A DNA stretch of 64,000 nucleotides from NCBI GenBank assembly GCA_013115145.1, contig JAAPAO010000096.1:15734-79733 (forward strand), given 5' to 3'. The notes under the pieces are model-generated. The model had not been told where the DNA came from. It saw only the letters and a list, made by a program, of their open reading frames with translations, and searched no databases. A program made the position numbers and the translations under genes. This document shows positions 1 to 13,598 of this stretch, piece after piece (positions within the stretch are counted from its first letter, which is position 1; each line of letters begins with the position of its first letter). This DNA comes from Perkinsus chesapeaki ATCC PRA-425. Taxonomy: Eukaryota > Protista > Perkinsozoa.

Positions 1-369
1 ATGTTTGAAACGACAGGAATTATTAAACTTGAGAATAGTGGAATACGGAAGGTTAGGGGCATAGATTTAACGAATACGTCATACTAGCAATGTGATAATA
101 TAATGGCTTTTTGTTATAAGAAAGGGTATCCTTGTTGACATCATCTGCTACTCCACTATCGGAGTGATTTCCACTAGATGTGCTCGCCAGAATAGTTTCT
201 AAGTCGCTAGTTTGTGCTCACCTTATTCAGAGTACCGGTGACTCGATCCTCAATACTGCTATAATAGATAGCGACACTACTGTTACCAGCAGCGGGAGCG
301 GCAGTCACACGAGCAATGTAGAGGATTCTCAGCTGCATATGAGGCAGTGATTGTCATTCACAGGCTCCC

Positions 370-1973
370 AAGCGACACGAAAGCCAAACGGCGCAACCGC
401 CTTTTGATCAACTCTTGGTAAAGGATGAATACAATATGTTGAAGGTTAGAATAAGCAGAGTTCGCATCATTTTCAAGTTTCAGAACGATGTCTTTGGAAG
501 ACCAAACCTCATCGGAGGGGAAGGCGAACGGCTTGTTTACCCGGTAGGCCTCAACGCGTGTTACTTGGCTCTTTCCATTTCTCATAATCTTGAAAAATCA
601 ATGTGTCTTAGGAACCCACGTGGACCACACATACTGGCAATTTCATGATCGAGTTTTTCACACCGTCATGGTCCCAGGGGCAGCTGGCAATCAGGCAGTT
701 AAGCTGCAAGGCCCGGTTAGATTATCATAATGACCACTTCGCTGGATATGTGTTCCCTAAAGGCCTACAGTAGCAAAGGAGCGCCAGCTTGTCACATCCA
801 TCTTTCCTTCCTTCAGTCGTTTCAATATGAGGTTCCCTGGATTCCCTGGAGCCCCAAAGGAGCATCGCCTTTATGGCATACAACACACTGGTCTCCTATC
901 AGACTCTGTCAGACTCCTCTACATAGGGACAGCAGAACCCGTCGAGGGTCCCCCCCAAGACGTCAGGGCTAGCGCCACTCTACTATATCCAATTACAGTA
1001 GCTTTATGCAAGATGATTCAAGATGACATCACTGCTCACGAGCAGGATGGAGACTATAGGATACTCAAGGTATCATATGGCGATATCTGTATTATATAGC
1101 CTTCTCTTAGGATGTTCCATATATCGAAGCGCATAAAAGCATAACAGGAGACGGTGGAGCAGAGATAACAGTAAGGTCCACTCTGACCCGCACTCATTAT
1201 TGAATTGCCCTTCAATCTAGCTGGTATCAAAGGCGCTGCCCGGACCGGATGATTTTCCCAATAAAGTTGACTCCAGTGTTCCTGAGCCCGAAACTTTAAA
1301 GGTAGAAAGAACCCAATGTGCAAAAACGGAGATGCTCATATGGTATCTTCTGCATTCAGGTCGAAGTCAAGAAGCGTAAAAAAGGAAATTCAGTCTACAC
1401 AGTCAAAGACAAGGGCAGCTTCATTTCTTTCGTGTCCGAAAAAGATCGGCTTAGATTCAACGCAATGTCCTGTCCTGGCAAGTTGCTCGCCAGTAAGATT
1501 TCCTACGAGAAGCTCGAAACCAAGCCAGCGTAGAAATTGAGCTTTCTGGGGTGTGAAATGTTTGCATGCCTTTTAGGTACATCTCCGCCCAGTGGAGAAG
1601 AACGTTCCTTAAAGACTATAATGTGCTTCCTTTCGTGATGAAGGAAAGTGCCTCCGACGAGGAAGTTATTAGCGCCTTGCGATGGGTATACTCTGGTCTT
1701 CCGTTCCCTCACTCTGGTACGGGTTACATTCCCGGGTCTAAAAGGAAACCTCCCCCGAAGTCCAGTGCTAACAAGCTGTTTGTGAAGATTCTTTGCTCGA
1801 ATCCACCGGGAAAATCTGGGGAGAAGAAGAAGAGCAAAGGATCAAAGATTAAGAAGGAAAAGCTACAGAAGGAGAAAAAGGGGGATAAAAAAGAGAAAAA
1901 ACCGAGAGATGCCCAAGGTGGAGGCAAAGGGTTTATGAAAGGCCTTTTCACACGAAAGAAGACAGCCTCATAA
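370..1973 (+). CDS. Multi-exon hypothetical protein with a Lys-rich C-terminus
   Basis: Coding-like segments flanked by GT/AG (FQNDVFGRPNLIGGEGERLVYP; RFPGFPGAPKEHRLYG...LLYPIT). The last exon reads ...KKEKLQKEKKGDKKEKK...RKKTAS*. No family recognised and the start is uncertain. Confidence 0.5.
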
Positions 1974-2309
1974 ATCATACGGTCTTGGCCTAGTGAATTC
2001 AGTACAGGATTTCAGAGCTGCGACTCTAACTTACCAAAATTTATTCTATTTGAAGTATCTATAAACTGGCTCATAAAAAGCATGCGTGTCAGCGGTGTGT
2101 ATGTTAGACTCAATTCACTCAAGTTGTTGTCCTTGTTAATAAAGGGTTGGTGCTGCTTACGAAGACTCGAACCAACACTATAGGTTGAGAAATCGAAACA
2201 CACTTGCTCGCTCTGCTGAGCAGAGCGAGCAACACAAAAGAGCAGAGTCTGCTCTTTCGTGTTCGAAGCAGAGGGCAATTAGCTGTATGCTTTAGAGCGT
2301 TCTTTGTGA

Positions 2310-3058
2310 ATGCTTTCATGTATAGACTTCACCAAAGAGCAACGTTCGATGACGCAACGGACAATATCGCTGTATTTCCGTCCATTCTCAACCCACTCGA
2401 TTTCCTTGGAAGGCTATTCAACATTTCTAGCAAGTTTTACCATTTTTAACTTCTTGCAGGATACTAACCGGATAGAACATGAGAACTACAAAGCTGTCTT
2501 CACTGACGGGGGCGAACTGGCGCTTGCAGAGCTAATTTGCTTACATCCCACCTTGATAAACTATCAGACGGTGTTTAGCTTCCCAGAAGGCTTATCGTAA
2601 TAAATCTCTTAGATAGGCACGCAGATAGCAGGCTCGAATCTCAGGAGATTCAAGCTCGACATGGCGAAGCTGGCTGGCGCACCCCGAACGCCACAAGTCT
2701 ATACCATAAAACGTTCACCTTCTATACAGGAATCTTACGGACTCCTCCTTACCGGTCTGGAGTATTTCACGAAAGAAAGCAACATGCCTAAAACAGCTGA
2801 AGAAGTTATCTTGAAAGGATTGTGCAAGATGGTCGAGGAAGACGTCAGTCTCATGATCGAGAAAGGAGCAAGTTTGCATTCTGAGGCGACAGGATCCCAT
2901 GTTTTGCAGCGGCCAGAGAGCAGAAAAGTCATCAATTGGGTTCATCCCATTGCTTAGTTCTCTCCTTTAGACTATTCCATATTTAAGGCTCACCAAGTTT
3001 GCCTTGACAAATACGTCGGCCATTGTTGATGTACCAACCATGCTTAGAATATGCTAAG
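2310..3058 (+). CDS. Multi-exon hypothetical protein
   Basis: Exon-like segments DTNRIEHENYKAVFTDGGELALAELICLHPTLINYQT, RFKLDMAKLAGAPRTPQ and ESYGLLLTGLEYFTKES...EKGASL join through plausible GT-AG introns. Confidence 0.4.
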
Positions 3059-4103
3059 CTTCGATTTTGGTCTTCTGCCATGTCAGATGGTATCCGATGA
3101 AGCACCAATCGACCTTTCTTTCGCAACTGATTTCGCGTTACCCAGTCCCAGTAGCCTAAAGGTAAGTTTCATGACTTCTACAAGTTCTGGCAGTATTGCG
3201 TCGTTGCTACGGGGCCGTTCATGAGACAGATTTTTCCCGCAATCTTTGAAGGTGCTTGTCATTAGGTTGCGCCGTCTTCTACTTCGAAAACCTACAAGAT
3301 TTCTCACGAAGGCAACTGGTTGAAGTTCGGTCTCCGCGATGACTTCATCGTCCTTAAATCTTACCAATGCCCTATGGAACCCGGGGAGTCTCACGAGACG
3401 TCTCGAATGAAAGAATTCAAGGATAGAAAACGGCCCTTGTAGTGTGATCCCAAGTTCCTCACATACACACACTTGTCATTCTTGTCAGTTTATTCGAGAC
3501 TCGTTGGATGCCATCAGATGCCTTGTCTGATGTAACACTCACATCTTTCCGTATACCCCAAAGTCTCCAACTTAATATGGCATTTGTTAACGCCTACTTC
3601 AAGTGGTTTTATGTTGGGGTGGCCTTGAATTCATTGGAAGGTAGACCCTTCCCACGAAGTTATGCTAATCAAGAATATTTGACGACTGCTACCGATGCGA
3701 ATGACCTATTTATTCGCAACGTGTGCTATTATGCGCGTTTGCGGGTAACGGAATCTAGTGCTCCAGTCCAAGCTCTAAGGAAGTGCAAATCATGCTCATC
3801 TCTTAACGCATTGGTATGAAGCTAAAGGATGATGTCATTGTGGCTTATATTGTTGTCCTTGCATGTTGTACTGTGTGGTTGTCTAATTTCATTTCTTGTG
3901 TACATAGTGTAGGCACAGACTCAACAAAGCATGCAAAGTGTAACACAACACATGCCTGATCTGCGTGAGCTACTACTTGCTACGCAGCCAACAACCTACT
4001 ACCACATTAAGAGTATTCTTTCAAGCGGTTTATCTTAACACTTGCGAGCGCTACTCCAATAGTGTAGTATGGAAACGTATAGTAATGTATCATGACAGTG
4101 TAC

Positions 4104-7100
4104 TTAAATTAATCGACCAGCATAGCACACAAAGGCACCGCCAGACAGCAGTTCGAGCTTAACGCTTTCTCTGGCTAACGCAATCGATACCGGCAAGTCA
4201 AATACTCCCTCTTCATGTACAGGAGAGGTGCTGGAAGTAACTCGCCACTTCTGCAGCAACTCGATGCAGAATGAATCGCACTCTCTGCCGAGGACTTCCC
4301 ATAAGGTGCCAACAACATGAGCGCTTCCTCCCACCATATAGTAGTAAGCTGGAGGGATAGGCTCGAACCGTCCATTAGCTATACCGGACTCTGAACACCG
4401 AATAGAAGCGCAACCCATGAGAAGGGCATCCGCTCTCAGAATCTGCGAAGCAAGCAACCGGGTGGGCCTATTTATCGGGTCTTACTCTTTTTTCCATACT
4501 ACTAGTGGACCAATATTGTCCGCCGCCACTGTGACCAATATAAAGGAATACTCGACGGCTCGAAAGTGCTTTGATGACTTCTTCAATCGAAGGGTCAGTA
4601 CCTGGACAGGATAATTGATCACACTGCAGGCCACCCCAATACGATGCAATATTTCGTATTTTTTATGATTTCTCATCTACTAGTCATTCACATCTACTAG
4701 CTGTAGATGACTCGTCTACTGTAGTAGACTTCTACTATCGACTGTTCCACTCTGAAGCCTCGTAGCACATGAATTGTCTGATTGTCAGCATTTCCTATAC
4801 AAATGCAGTCTCACTGCTCAAGGCGGTGTGTCTCGCGTTCTACGCCAAGACCAAGATTCGAGTAATAGCGCGAACTGACCGGCTTTTCCTTCCCAGAATT
4901 CATGTGCCAAAATAGGGTCGAGCTTCCTATTAGCTTTGGTGAGATCAGCGCTTGGATCAAGAACATAATATCCGCCCTTGCCAGCAGCCATGGGATGACT
5001 TTGGACCATTAGGTTAATGCAACCACCGCGTACAGTTGGATGTTGTCTGAACTCAGCATGACTCCATGTATGCTTTGCTCATCACCTACCCGCCAAGCAT
5101 GGCTTCTATGGGAAGGTTCATCAGACAGGGTGCTAGGAAGAGGAACAGTGCGGAAGCTCGTCTACTACGATCAAGATTAGACCTGAACCGGCGTAGCCGA
5201 ATTCGCCAACAGCATTTGTATGAACTACCCCTCATCTATATCAAACTCGAGCGCAGCACGGATCATTTCTCGAGCCTTTCGGCTTGTCGTCGTCTCCGAA
5301 GAATCGTCCAAAGCATCCAGGGAGGCCTCGGGTGATGCACAGTCTCCGTTACCGATAGTGAGCAGCAGACGCCAGTCTCCCAGGAGCTCCTTCCGGATTC
5401 GCTCGGTAGCTCGCCACGCTCTGGCTTCGTAGTTGTCTCGACTTCGCCAGAATTTATGACCATCTTGTTTCGATTGAACAGCGAGGCGGACATCGGCCAT
5501 GTTGTCGGAAACCACTTGCTCGAGTTTGCCAGCTGCCCGCAGGACCGCCTCGGGTGAGGCCGATAGTAGCGCCAGCAAGCAGCGACCTACATGAGGGATA
5601 ACGCAAGCCTTCCCAGGAGGAGACATACCCCAGGGAAATCTACGTAAGAGCCAAAAGCGGCCTAGATGATCTTGCTCTATGAATGCAGAGTTGAGGGCGA
5701 CAGGGTAGTGTTGCGTATCAATATCATCGGCCCATTGGGAGGTGCAAAGACGGACAAGTAACCTTTTGAGAAAAAGAATGTTTCATCAAAGTAGGCATGT
5801 GGTTACTTCTCCCGTGCGAGCCTGTCATCCAGGAACGCTGGAAGGTTGTTCTCCGATGATCGCTCGGACACTCGGTATTCCGTCAACATGAAGAGGAAGG
5901 CTCTGGATGACCAGGAAACTGAGCGGTGAACTCGAAACAGAGCATGAGAGATGTCACTGACCTGCTGTGATGGCGGCCTTCGCCACCACACTACTGAATA
6001 GCTGCCTATCATGCTTACTGACTTTGCACAAGGAGATGTCCCCCAATAACGATAGCAGCAAGCCTCCACCCTTCCGTGCCAGCCATGCACTCTGTGACTC
6101 TACAACGGCTTTCTCAAGGCTTGCTCGCACGGTGGCTATGAGCCTGGCCATCTCTGCTATATAAGAGCAACAGTCTTGTCCAGCCCCCCGGCGCCGATTC
6201 GTGTTGCAATCGCTCCGCTGAGTGTCGCTCCCCAGTAGAGCCAAGACCCGCCTCAGGCATTCTGGGCAAATGGTCAGCTTGGGCTTGGTCTCATGAACCA
6301 CCCAGTAAGCATGCGTGGCCTCTTGTAGATCTCTCTCGGTTGCACGCTCACGCGCCACACTCGGGATCTCCGGCATCGCATCTCCAGCGCACTGAAGGGA
6401 CGACTAAGGCGATGAGTGCTTGTAGAGAAGCCAACCTCATCGGTGATGCTAGTAAGGAGAGCTTCGGCAACTGAGCGGACAGTTAGATGGGGGCATTCAG
6501 CGGCTTTCTGGTAGAAGAAAAGTGCTCCCTTCTTCGATCCAGTGTCATCATGGGCAACTCCAGTTAGAAGGGCCGCCTTGTACGCCGCCATTACCTGAAA
6601 ACTCAAGATCAAAGTAGGCGGAGCGATGCAAGCCTAATTGGTATAAAGCACAGCAGACACTTTCACAAGGGGGAACGAACGAATGAGTTCAACTTTCATC
6701 TGCTGGCGAGAACTAAAAGGCAGCTACATTTCACCTTCCACGCTCCCGAGTCGATCGCGTCGTCCCCGAACAACTGCCGAGACAGCGAGCTCGAACCGTT
6801 GGTGAAGTCACTCACATTCACTGGAGGCCACCGAAGCAATCTGAGCTGCAACGGAGATATCCGACTCCGAATGGTCCACGGATCCTCACCAGTTTGAGAC
6901 CTACCGCCGATCTGAGCACGGCTGCGTGGTCCCGACAGTACAGCCACTCCAAGACAGCCAGAAGGAGCTTTGGCCGCTCCCACCACGCAGGCTCATCAGC
7001 CAGGACATTCGCTTTAAGATCGCGGATGGACTCGGCAGACCAGAGGTTAACCGAGAAGTCGGTGAGGTGAGGTAACCAGGAGTCCTCTTGAAGGTAACAA

Positions 7101-8437
7101 TTACCACAGGCATGGAGGTGATGATAAAGACTTGACTTCAAAGTTGCGAGTAATGCATTGCTGAGGAGGATTAGGAATGCTTGGGGCAGCATTGCTTTGC
7201 GAACGGCGAAGCGATAAAGTTGTAGAACACTCCCGAGGAATGTATGCTAACGTGGATACAAGAGCTGCTTCATACGAACCTCCGCAACAAGCATGTTCCC
7301 CTCACCTGTCACCATCAGGTCCATTTAATACGACACAGCCGGCCAAGATAATGGTGAGGTCAGAATCAGACAGCATGAACCATGGCGACGCCACATGATA
7401 CACCAATTTGGCCAAGTTAGACCAGTCTTTCCCATTGGAGCGTTTGGACTCTAGGACCTGACCGACAGATAGCTACCGCAGGCCCTCATCAGATGAAGAA
7501 CCTGAATATCTCGAGCTATCGTCGAGTCAACACCAGTAGTCTCGGTTATCAAATCAACTATTTTGGACATAGTTGCCGATGCTTCTTCCGTCTCTGTCAG
7601 CGACACTCTAGAGAGTAGGACCGAACACATGAGGATCTTCATATGCTTGGAGAGACCAGGCTCATGCATACTAGAAAGTATGAAATCGCGGGACATCTGC
7701 CAGACCAATTTCATCTGCGTTCGGGCCGGCCTGCTGACCTGTGCGATTAATCTGGCCAAATCATATGCCGCCAACTGTATGGCAGCCTCATCATGACCAA
7801 GTGCCGCTCTAAGGGGTGCCTCAACAGCTTCAAGGACAGCACGATCACCAGTAGCTGACCTGACCAGTATGGCTACCATACATCATCACACGTAGAATAC
7901 CGCGCAACAGTTCGAAGTCTGATAATATTGGTGATAATATTTCCCTGGTCAGTTGACGTCGACAACTCCTCAGCTATGATCCTTGAGAACACTGTGAACA
8001 CTTCTTCCTTGTCAGCACCACCTTCAACAACTGGAGCGGCAACAACCGCGCCTAACATGTCTTGGCACTGCAATCGACTGTACTAGTCACTTACCCAGGC
8101 TGATCAGATCGGTTGCGTGATCCCCGCTGAGTCGTTGAGCTATCCGAGCGGCCAAGAGTGCCCCATCTAGCGGCTCCAAGGGCTCATTCTCAGTTTTGCC
8201 CGCTGCCAGAGTTCTCAACCTCAGTCGGAGCCCGCCCGGCTTGAGGTGAACTGCTTTACATAAAGCTCGGCGCTCCTTTGAACTCAGTGGAGTCTGATCA
8301 ACGAAGATTCAACAGTGAGAAGAACTGCTAGCCACCACCTTGGGCAGCACATCAGTTATCTTGCGGACTAGAATCCCCACGTCAGAGCCATTACTTGCTC
8401 GAGCCAGCTCGGCCAACATTTCCTCAACGGTGACCAT
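4104..8437 (-). CDS. ESP1: Separase (peptidase C50)
   Basis: C-terminal protease motifs occur in order: NLPIEA, YYVLDPSADL...FWEGKAG, FLYIGHSGGGQY (catalytic His, ~4507-4550), LLMGCAS (catalytic Cys), VVGTLWEV...D, and ...GGAFVCYAG. A long helical-type N-terminal region precedes them; likely ATG at 8437 (MVTVEEML). Confidence 0.9.
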
Positions 8438-8585
8438 GACCTCCTCACTTGTCACTGTAATTCGGTATTAACAACGCAACATGACAAGAAGGTAGATGTT
8501 GGGTTAATTAAGTGGTGCGCACTTGGGCATGTACGCTCCAGCCTCCTCCCTGCACTCGTTCCAGGTGAGGCGATCTACACAAGAA

Positions 8586-9552
8586 TCAACTTGAAAAATA
8601 TCTTGGCTGGACCCACCTGGTCCCGTAGGAGAGCCCTCATCTCTGTTCCCGCTACATGGGACCAACTTGTAGATAAGAGGCCTGAAAGGGTATCGTTGGA
8701 TAGCTCAGCAGCTGCCTGCTGCTGCTGCTTCTTACAGAGGTGCCTCGGCGACTGAGGGATTGATACCGGTCTCCTGCTCCAGCACTTCCCTAGTGAACGG
8801 CCTTTCCTCTGGTGTCCCAGATTCTATAGAGAAAAACACATAGAATGCTACAATATTATGATGTAATATTGATCCGGATTGGTGATTAGTTCAGATTAAG
8901 AAGTCACCCAGGACCACTGAATATGCAATTGGCCACAAGAACAATTACCGTAGGCAACCGGCCGACACTTGCTCAAATTGCTATGTGTGTTTCTACATGG
9001 CACGACCTGGCTCGGCCCGCGAAGCTGTTTCGGTTGTCCTCTAGCAATGGCCGAGTCGAGGACGCCGCTCCAGATGCGGCTGCAGCGTACTCGTGGTAAA
9101 AGTGGTAACCGTTGTGTATCCCCAACAATTCCATGATAACACTTTGCACCGAGGGATGTGTGCTAACATTATTCCGCAGCGGGAATCTCAACTATTATAA
9201 TATGGAAGCGCGATAAGCAATGAGTATAGTAAGCAAGTCCTCTTACCTGCAACAAAGGTCGCCAAGGAGTGGTGATAGCCATTGAACTCGAAGTACCTGA
9301 TAAATCACAATAATGGTAGGGATTGGAAGAATACGGCTACTCCCGAATGAGCTCATTGATAATGACATTTTCCCTGGGTGGTTGCGGCACCTTCTCCTTG
9401 CCTTCAGCAACGCCGCCGCCGCCGCAGAGCACGTCGAACACTTCGGCCCGCAACCGTGCTCTCAACTTGCCCATAGTGCCACGAGATTCTAATGCCGATT
9501 CCAAGGCTTCCCGTAGCTCGTTTAAGGAGTCACCCTCAGGCATATGAGACAT
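8586..9552 (-). CDS. CEP20: LisH-domain centrosomal protein FOR20/FOPNL/CEP20
   Basis: The spliced product LNELREALESALESRGTMGKLRARLRAEVF...ENVIINELIREYFEFNGYHHSLATFVAESG...PLPLIYKLV follows the FOR20 pattern along its short length. Confidence 0.85.
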
Positions 9553-10048
9553 GGTAAGAGAGTAGCTGATAAGAACCTTGCTATTATAGTAGTGCAACGA
9601 GCACTGGAAGCAGGTGGAATCATTTCGATCAATTGAGGCTATGCTGTGGTATTTCTACAATTCGCGAAAAAGGCCGATATTCACTGACCGTGGGGTATAT
9701 AGTAACAATTTAATACAGACCAAAGCGCTAATGTAGCTCAGAGGCCCTGACCGACTTCGTGTGATGACACAATGCCAGCGTTTTAGAGCGCACAGAATCT
9801 GAAATGTGATCGAGCGCACCTTGTTCAAAAAAGACCTCCATCGGAAGACAAGAAGAAAGTGAACCTTCGTACGCCTGCGGGCATACAAACAATAAGGACT
9901 CGAAGATCCACTAGAAATAGTGTATTGATTGACATGATACTACTACTGTTGAACCCAACTCATAGGGACATGGGCAAATACCCAAAACACACAGTACGAT
10001 GATGATGATGATGATGAACAAAAGAATGAGTGAATTGGATACCACCAG

Positions 10049-13000
10049 CTACGCCAATACAGTATCTGAGCCATCGATTAAAACAAACCTTGTCACCGTC
10101 CTTACCGAAGTCGACCTCGGCAGCGGCAGTCTGAGGGTCATGCACCATAGTCTCCGACTCGCGGTCTGAACCTGAAAACCAAGGCACCTTCATCCGTGTA
10201 TTGAAGTATCTATCGCACTGTAAAGGATATGTTGCAGGATCTGCTCGTGGGGAGCCACGAAATCATCCCCATCATCATCAAGAAAGCTCTCCTGCGGTGG
10301 CCCATATGGCGCCGCCGTCGCGTTGCATACATCTTCCCATGTCCCAGTTCGCCCAGTCCAGATCTCAAGAGCACGTCTGCAAACAAATCGATCATGAGGG
10401 CGAGCGCTCTTTACACCATCCAACCTATAGTCACTCCACATGCACTTTGCCTTGCCCACACACAGCTTCGGCACAACTTCTGTTGCGGAGCCGGTCGAGT
10501 AGAAATCCAAAAGGTTACCGTCAACATATCCTCCACGGTGCTGAAAATAGATTATATCTAATAATGGCGTGAGGCCGAAAATCTATTCGAGGCTCCGAAT
10601 ACGCCCGGATGCGAACCGGAGCTGGTTGGCGAAAAGTCAGGCTTAAACACTACGAATAGTCACCAAGGAGCCATCGGTAGGCTCTACTTGGTGAGTTGGT
10701 CCCGAAGTAGGCCAGTTTTGGTTTTCAGTAATACCCATCAGTAGTATTCATTATAAGCACCGCCATATAACAAAGGCTCCGTAATATAAAGCATTACTCA
10801 TCTGGCTCAGCACCCTCATGTCAGATTACCGTTGACAAGGGTTAATCGCTGTACACAATTTATAATGGTGCATGCTAGTATCACTTCATGCACTTGCGGG
10901 GGCAATCAGAAATCTAGAGATCCAAACTGTGGCTACTAGTTGGAGAAGAAAGCTTGTAAATATGAGGTCTCCTACCTTCTGTTCGGTCGAAGGCTGAGTC
11001 GGCTTCCAGAACTTCATCTTCAGCGAGGTCTCCGCAGAATCGTCGTCATCGTAAACCTGATTCGTAAACCAATAACCATTCATCATCGGTCAGGTGATGG
11101 GGCACCTCGAATACAAACATACTGCCAGCAGGCAGGTCCTTCTTAACCACATCATCTATTTCAAGCATCTTGGCTATGGCCATCATCAGCTCACGATGGT
11201 TCAGGAATACCCCTATCTTAAGCCGATCCCAATACTCCTCCGCAGTCTGAGAAAAATAATATCATAACGGAACTCATCGTGAAGCTGGCCTGGCAGAATG
11301 ATAAGACCGACAGATCGACTCAGGAATAGGTCGGAAATAAAACGGACACCAATCGCCCATGCAACTATACTCAAGTACCCCGAGGATCCGAATGCCAGGG
11401 TAGGATCTTGGAATGTGCTTGGCATGAGCTAGAGTCCGTCCTAATGACGCCACTACTAGGACATTATATCATCTACAGAGTCTCAATTAGAGAGTATCAA
11501 TGGATGCCGCTCAACCGCAAAGCGGCATCCAGTTTAGTTGTTCAACTGCATAGCTTTGGATCTTATTGTTAGTGACAGATGACAACTTAATGAATGTTGC
11601 CGAGGTAAGCCCCGATATCCCGTCGACTTCGGAGATGCTCCTGCTGTTATCTTACCATGCTCCATGGTTCATCAGCTTTCGACTCCTTCAGCATCTTCAA
11701 TCCGATAGGCCAGTATAACCTAATAGCACCCATCAACAACAACAAAGCCGAGTCGGAAGCCTATACGTTGATTTGCTCTCTTCCGTTGAGTCCGGACGGC
11801 GTGCAAGGCGTAGAAGGATCTCCGGCATTCTGCCCATCCAGTAGGTCACCTACACACCATACGCCATGACGCGTGCGTGCAGATGACTCCTACCTGCTGC
11901 TCTGTCCCAAACATTTCCTCCGTGACGAGCTGATGCGACAGATCAATGAACTGTTGGATAACGTCATGTGACAGTGTGGAGTTTATGTCGTAATCTGACC
12001 GGCTCTGCTTTAGGGTTACACAGGTATGGCAGTATCACTAAAGCCGTCGACTAGCTTCATTCATACTGATGGGACTTTCACGCACACTTATCAAGGCTCC
12101 ACCGCGGAAACGTGTGAGCGCACATATAGCGCATTACGCCGCTTTGGGCTGTGGCCAAAACCAAAGTCCATAGGCGCGACGTCAAGCGAGCTAAGTGGTC
12201 AACTAACTCGCTTGACTGACGCACCACCACTCCAGAGGTTATAGGGGGAGCTCCGCAGCCCCATATCTTTACACAAACTGCGTACTAGAATTGAACTTTG
12301 ATGAGCATATTAAAAGGATTCGATATAGAACCCCTGAAGCCCCCTCCAAGTGGCGACTAAATGAGTAATAGAAATACTGGGTAATCCAAGTCCCTGTCAC
12401 CATGCTCCCTGGCTGTTCCCATGTCACCTACCTAGACCTTCATTTCTTGCAAAGCTGAAGGCATCAGCTATATTCTTAATTGTCCATGTGAGAGGCTTCT
12501 TGAAACTCGTCATATCCACCCCACACGCGGCAGACACTTTTGACAGGAGATCCTTCTGTTGTATCCGCAGTTCTGGAACGTGCTCAGCTTCCCTAAAAAC
12601 AGGACATCATCCTCACACCTCTATCCTCTGCCTCACCATTTCTTCCGATCCTGTTGGTAGGTAGACTTACACGGACCATCCCTCGGCAGATTCATAATGG
12701 TATCGAGATTGTGCATGGTTGTCATTATCGGCACAATGTTAGGTCTGCTCTTGAGATACCCTGGCTGGCCTGTTCCCTCTGGGTAGAGCCCTTGGATCAA
12801 GGACTAAGGAGAAGGATATTTAATATAAGTCATCTAAATGATTATGTCCAGGAAGCCTAGCCATTAAGGTCTCAAAAGGAGAAAGGACTTATCAATATGA
12901 TGTTGAGATCCAACAAACCAAACCACCTTAACCTATCCACGAGGGCCTGCCTACGGCCATAATACTTATGTTGAAGAACAACGGTCATAGTTCGGCCCGA

Positions 13001-13598
13001 GTAAAGCACGCGAGCGCTTGAGCACAAAAACACATGAAGTGTCACAGAGACAAAGACAGAGTATTGTTAACAGATGAGCCCACTATTGATTATGTGGTCA
13101 TCACGGCTCCCAGATGTGAGAACCTCACGGGTGAATCACTTACTAGGAGTGACGCAACGTTTCTGTCCATCCTCTCCGCGAAGAAGAACGAGCTTCCGTC
13201 ATTGACAAAACCATTGCCAGATTTCGGCAGCAGATGACCATACTGTTCCCGCAAATAACTAACAATAAATCCACTCACAAAGGGAAGAAGACAAACACGG
13301 CCTACTTGCCACTCTCCCAGTTCTCAGCAAGACCGATTCTAGACAACGCCGCGCCGTACTTGGAAAAAACAGGCTCGTCGAACTCCTCTAGTTGAGCCTA
13401 TCAACGAAGCGATTTGATCATGCCTTCAGCAGCCTAACAGATCCGTGCCTTCATATTGGGACAGAGATAAGGGACCGGTGCGTTAGGCGCTCGGTTGCCA
13501 TGCCTGGCGACTACGATAACCTTCTTCAGCGTCTCCTTGCCGGACGCTCTCGAAAACAGCGCTGAGCATAGCCAAAGAAGGAGATGAAGGTTCAACAT
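10049..13598 (-). CDS. Secreted histidine acid phosphatase (branch 2)
   Basis: Signal peptide MLNLHLLLWLCSALFSRASG, then RHGNRAP, AALSRIG...GKYLREQY, LIQGLYP...VPIMT, NHRELMMAIAKML at the HD position, and DLPAGSMFVFEVY. The 3' end is uncertain. Confidence 0.8.

Noticed and set aside
3083-3472. 129-aa minus-strand ORF, possible transposon remnant
   Set aside because: No RT, integrase or DDE motif; left unassigned.
8850-8925. Possible C/D snoRNA (ATGATGT...CTGA with short terminal stem)
   Set aside because: Imperfect C box, antisense to the host gene, and no recognisable rRNA guide.
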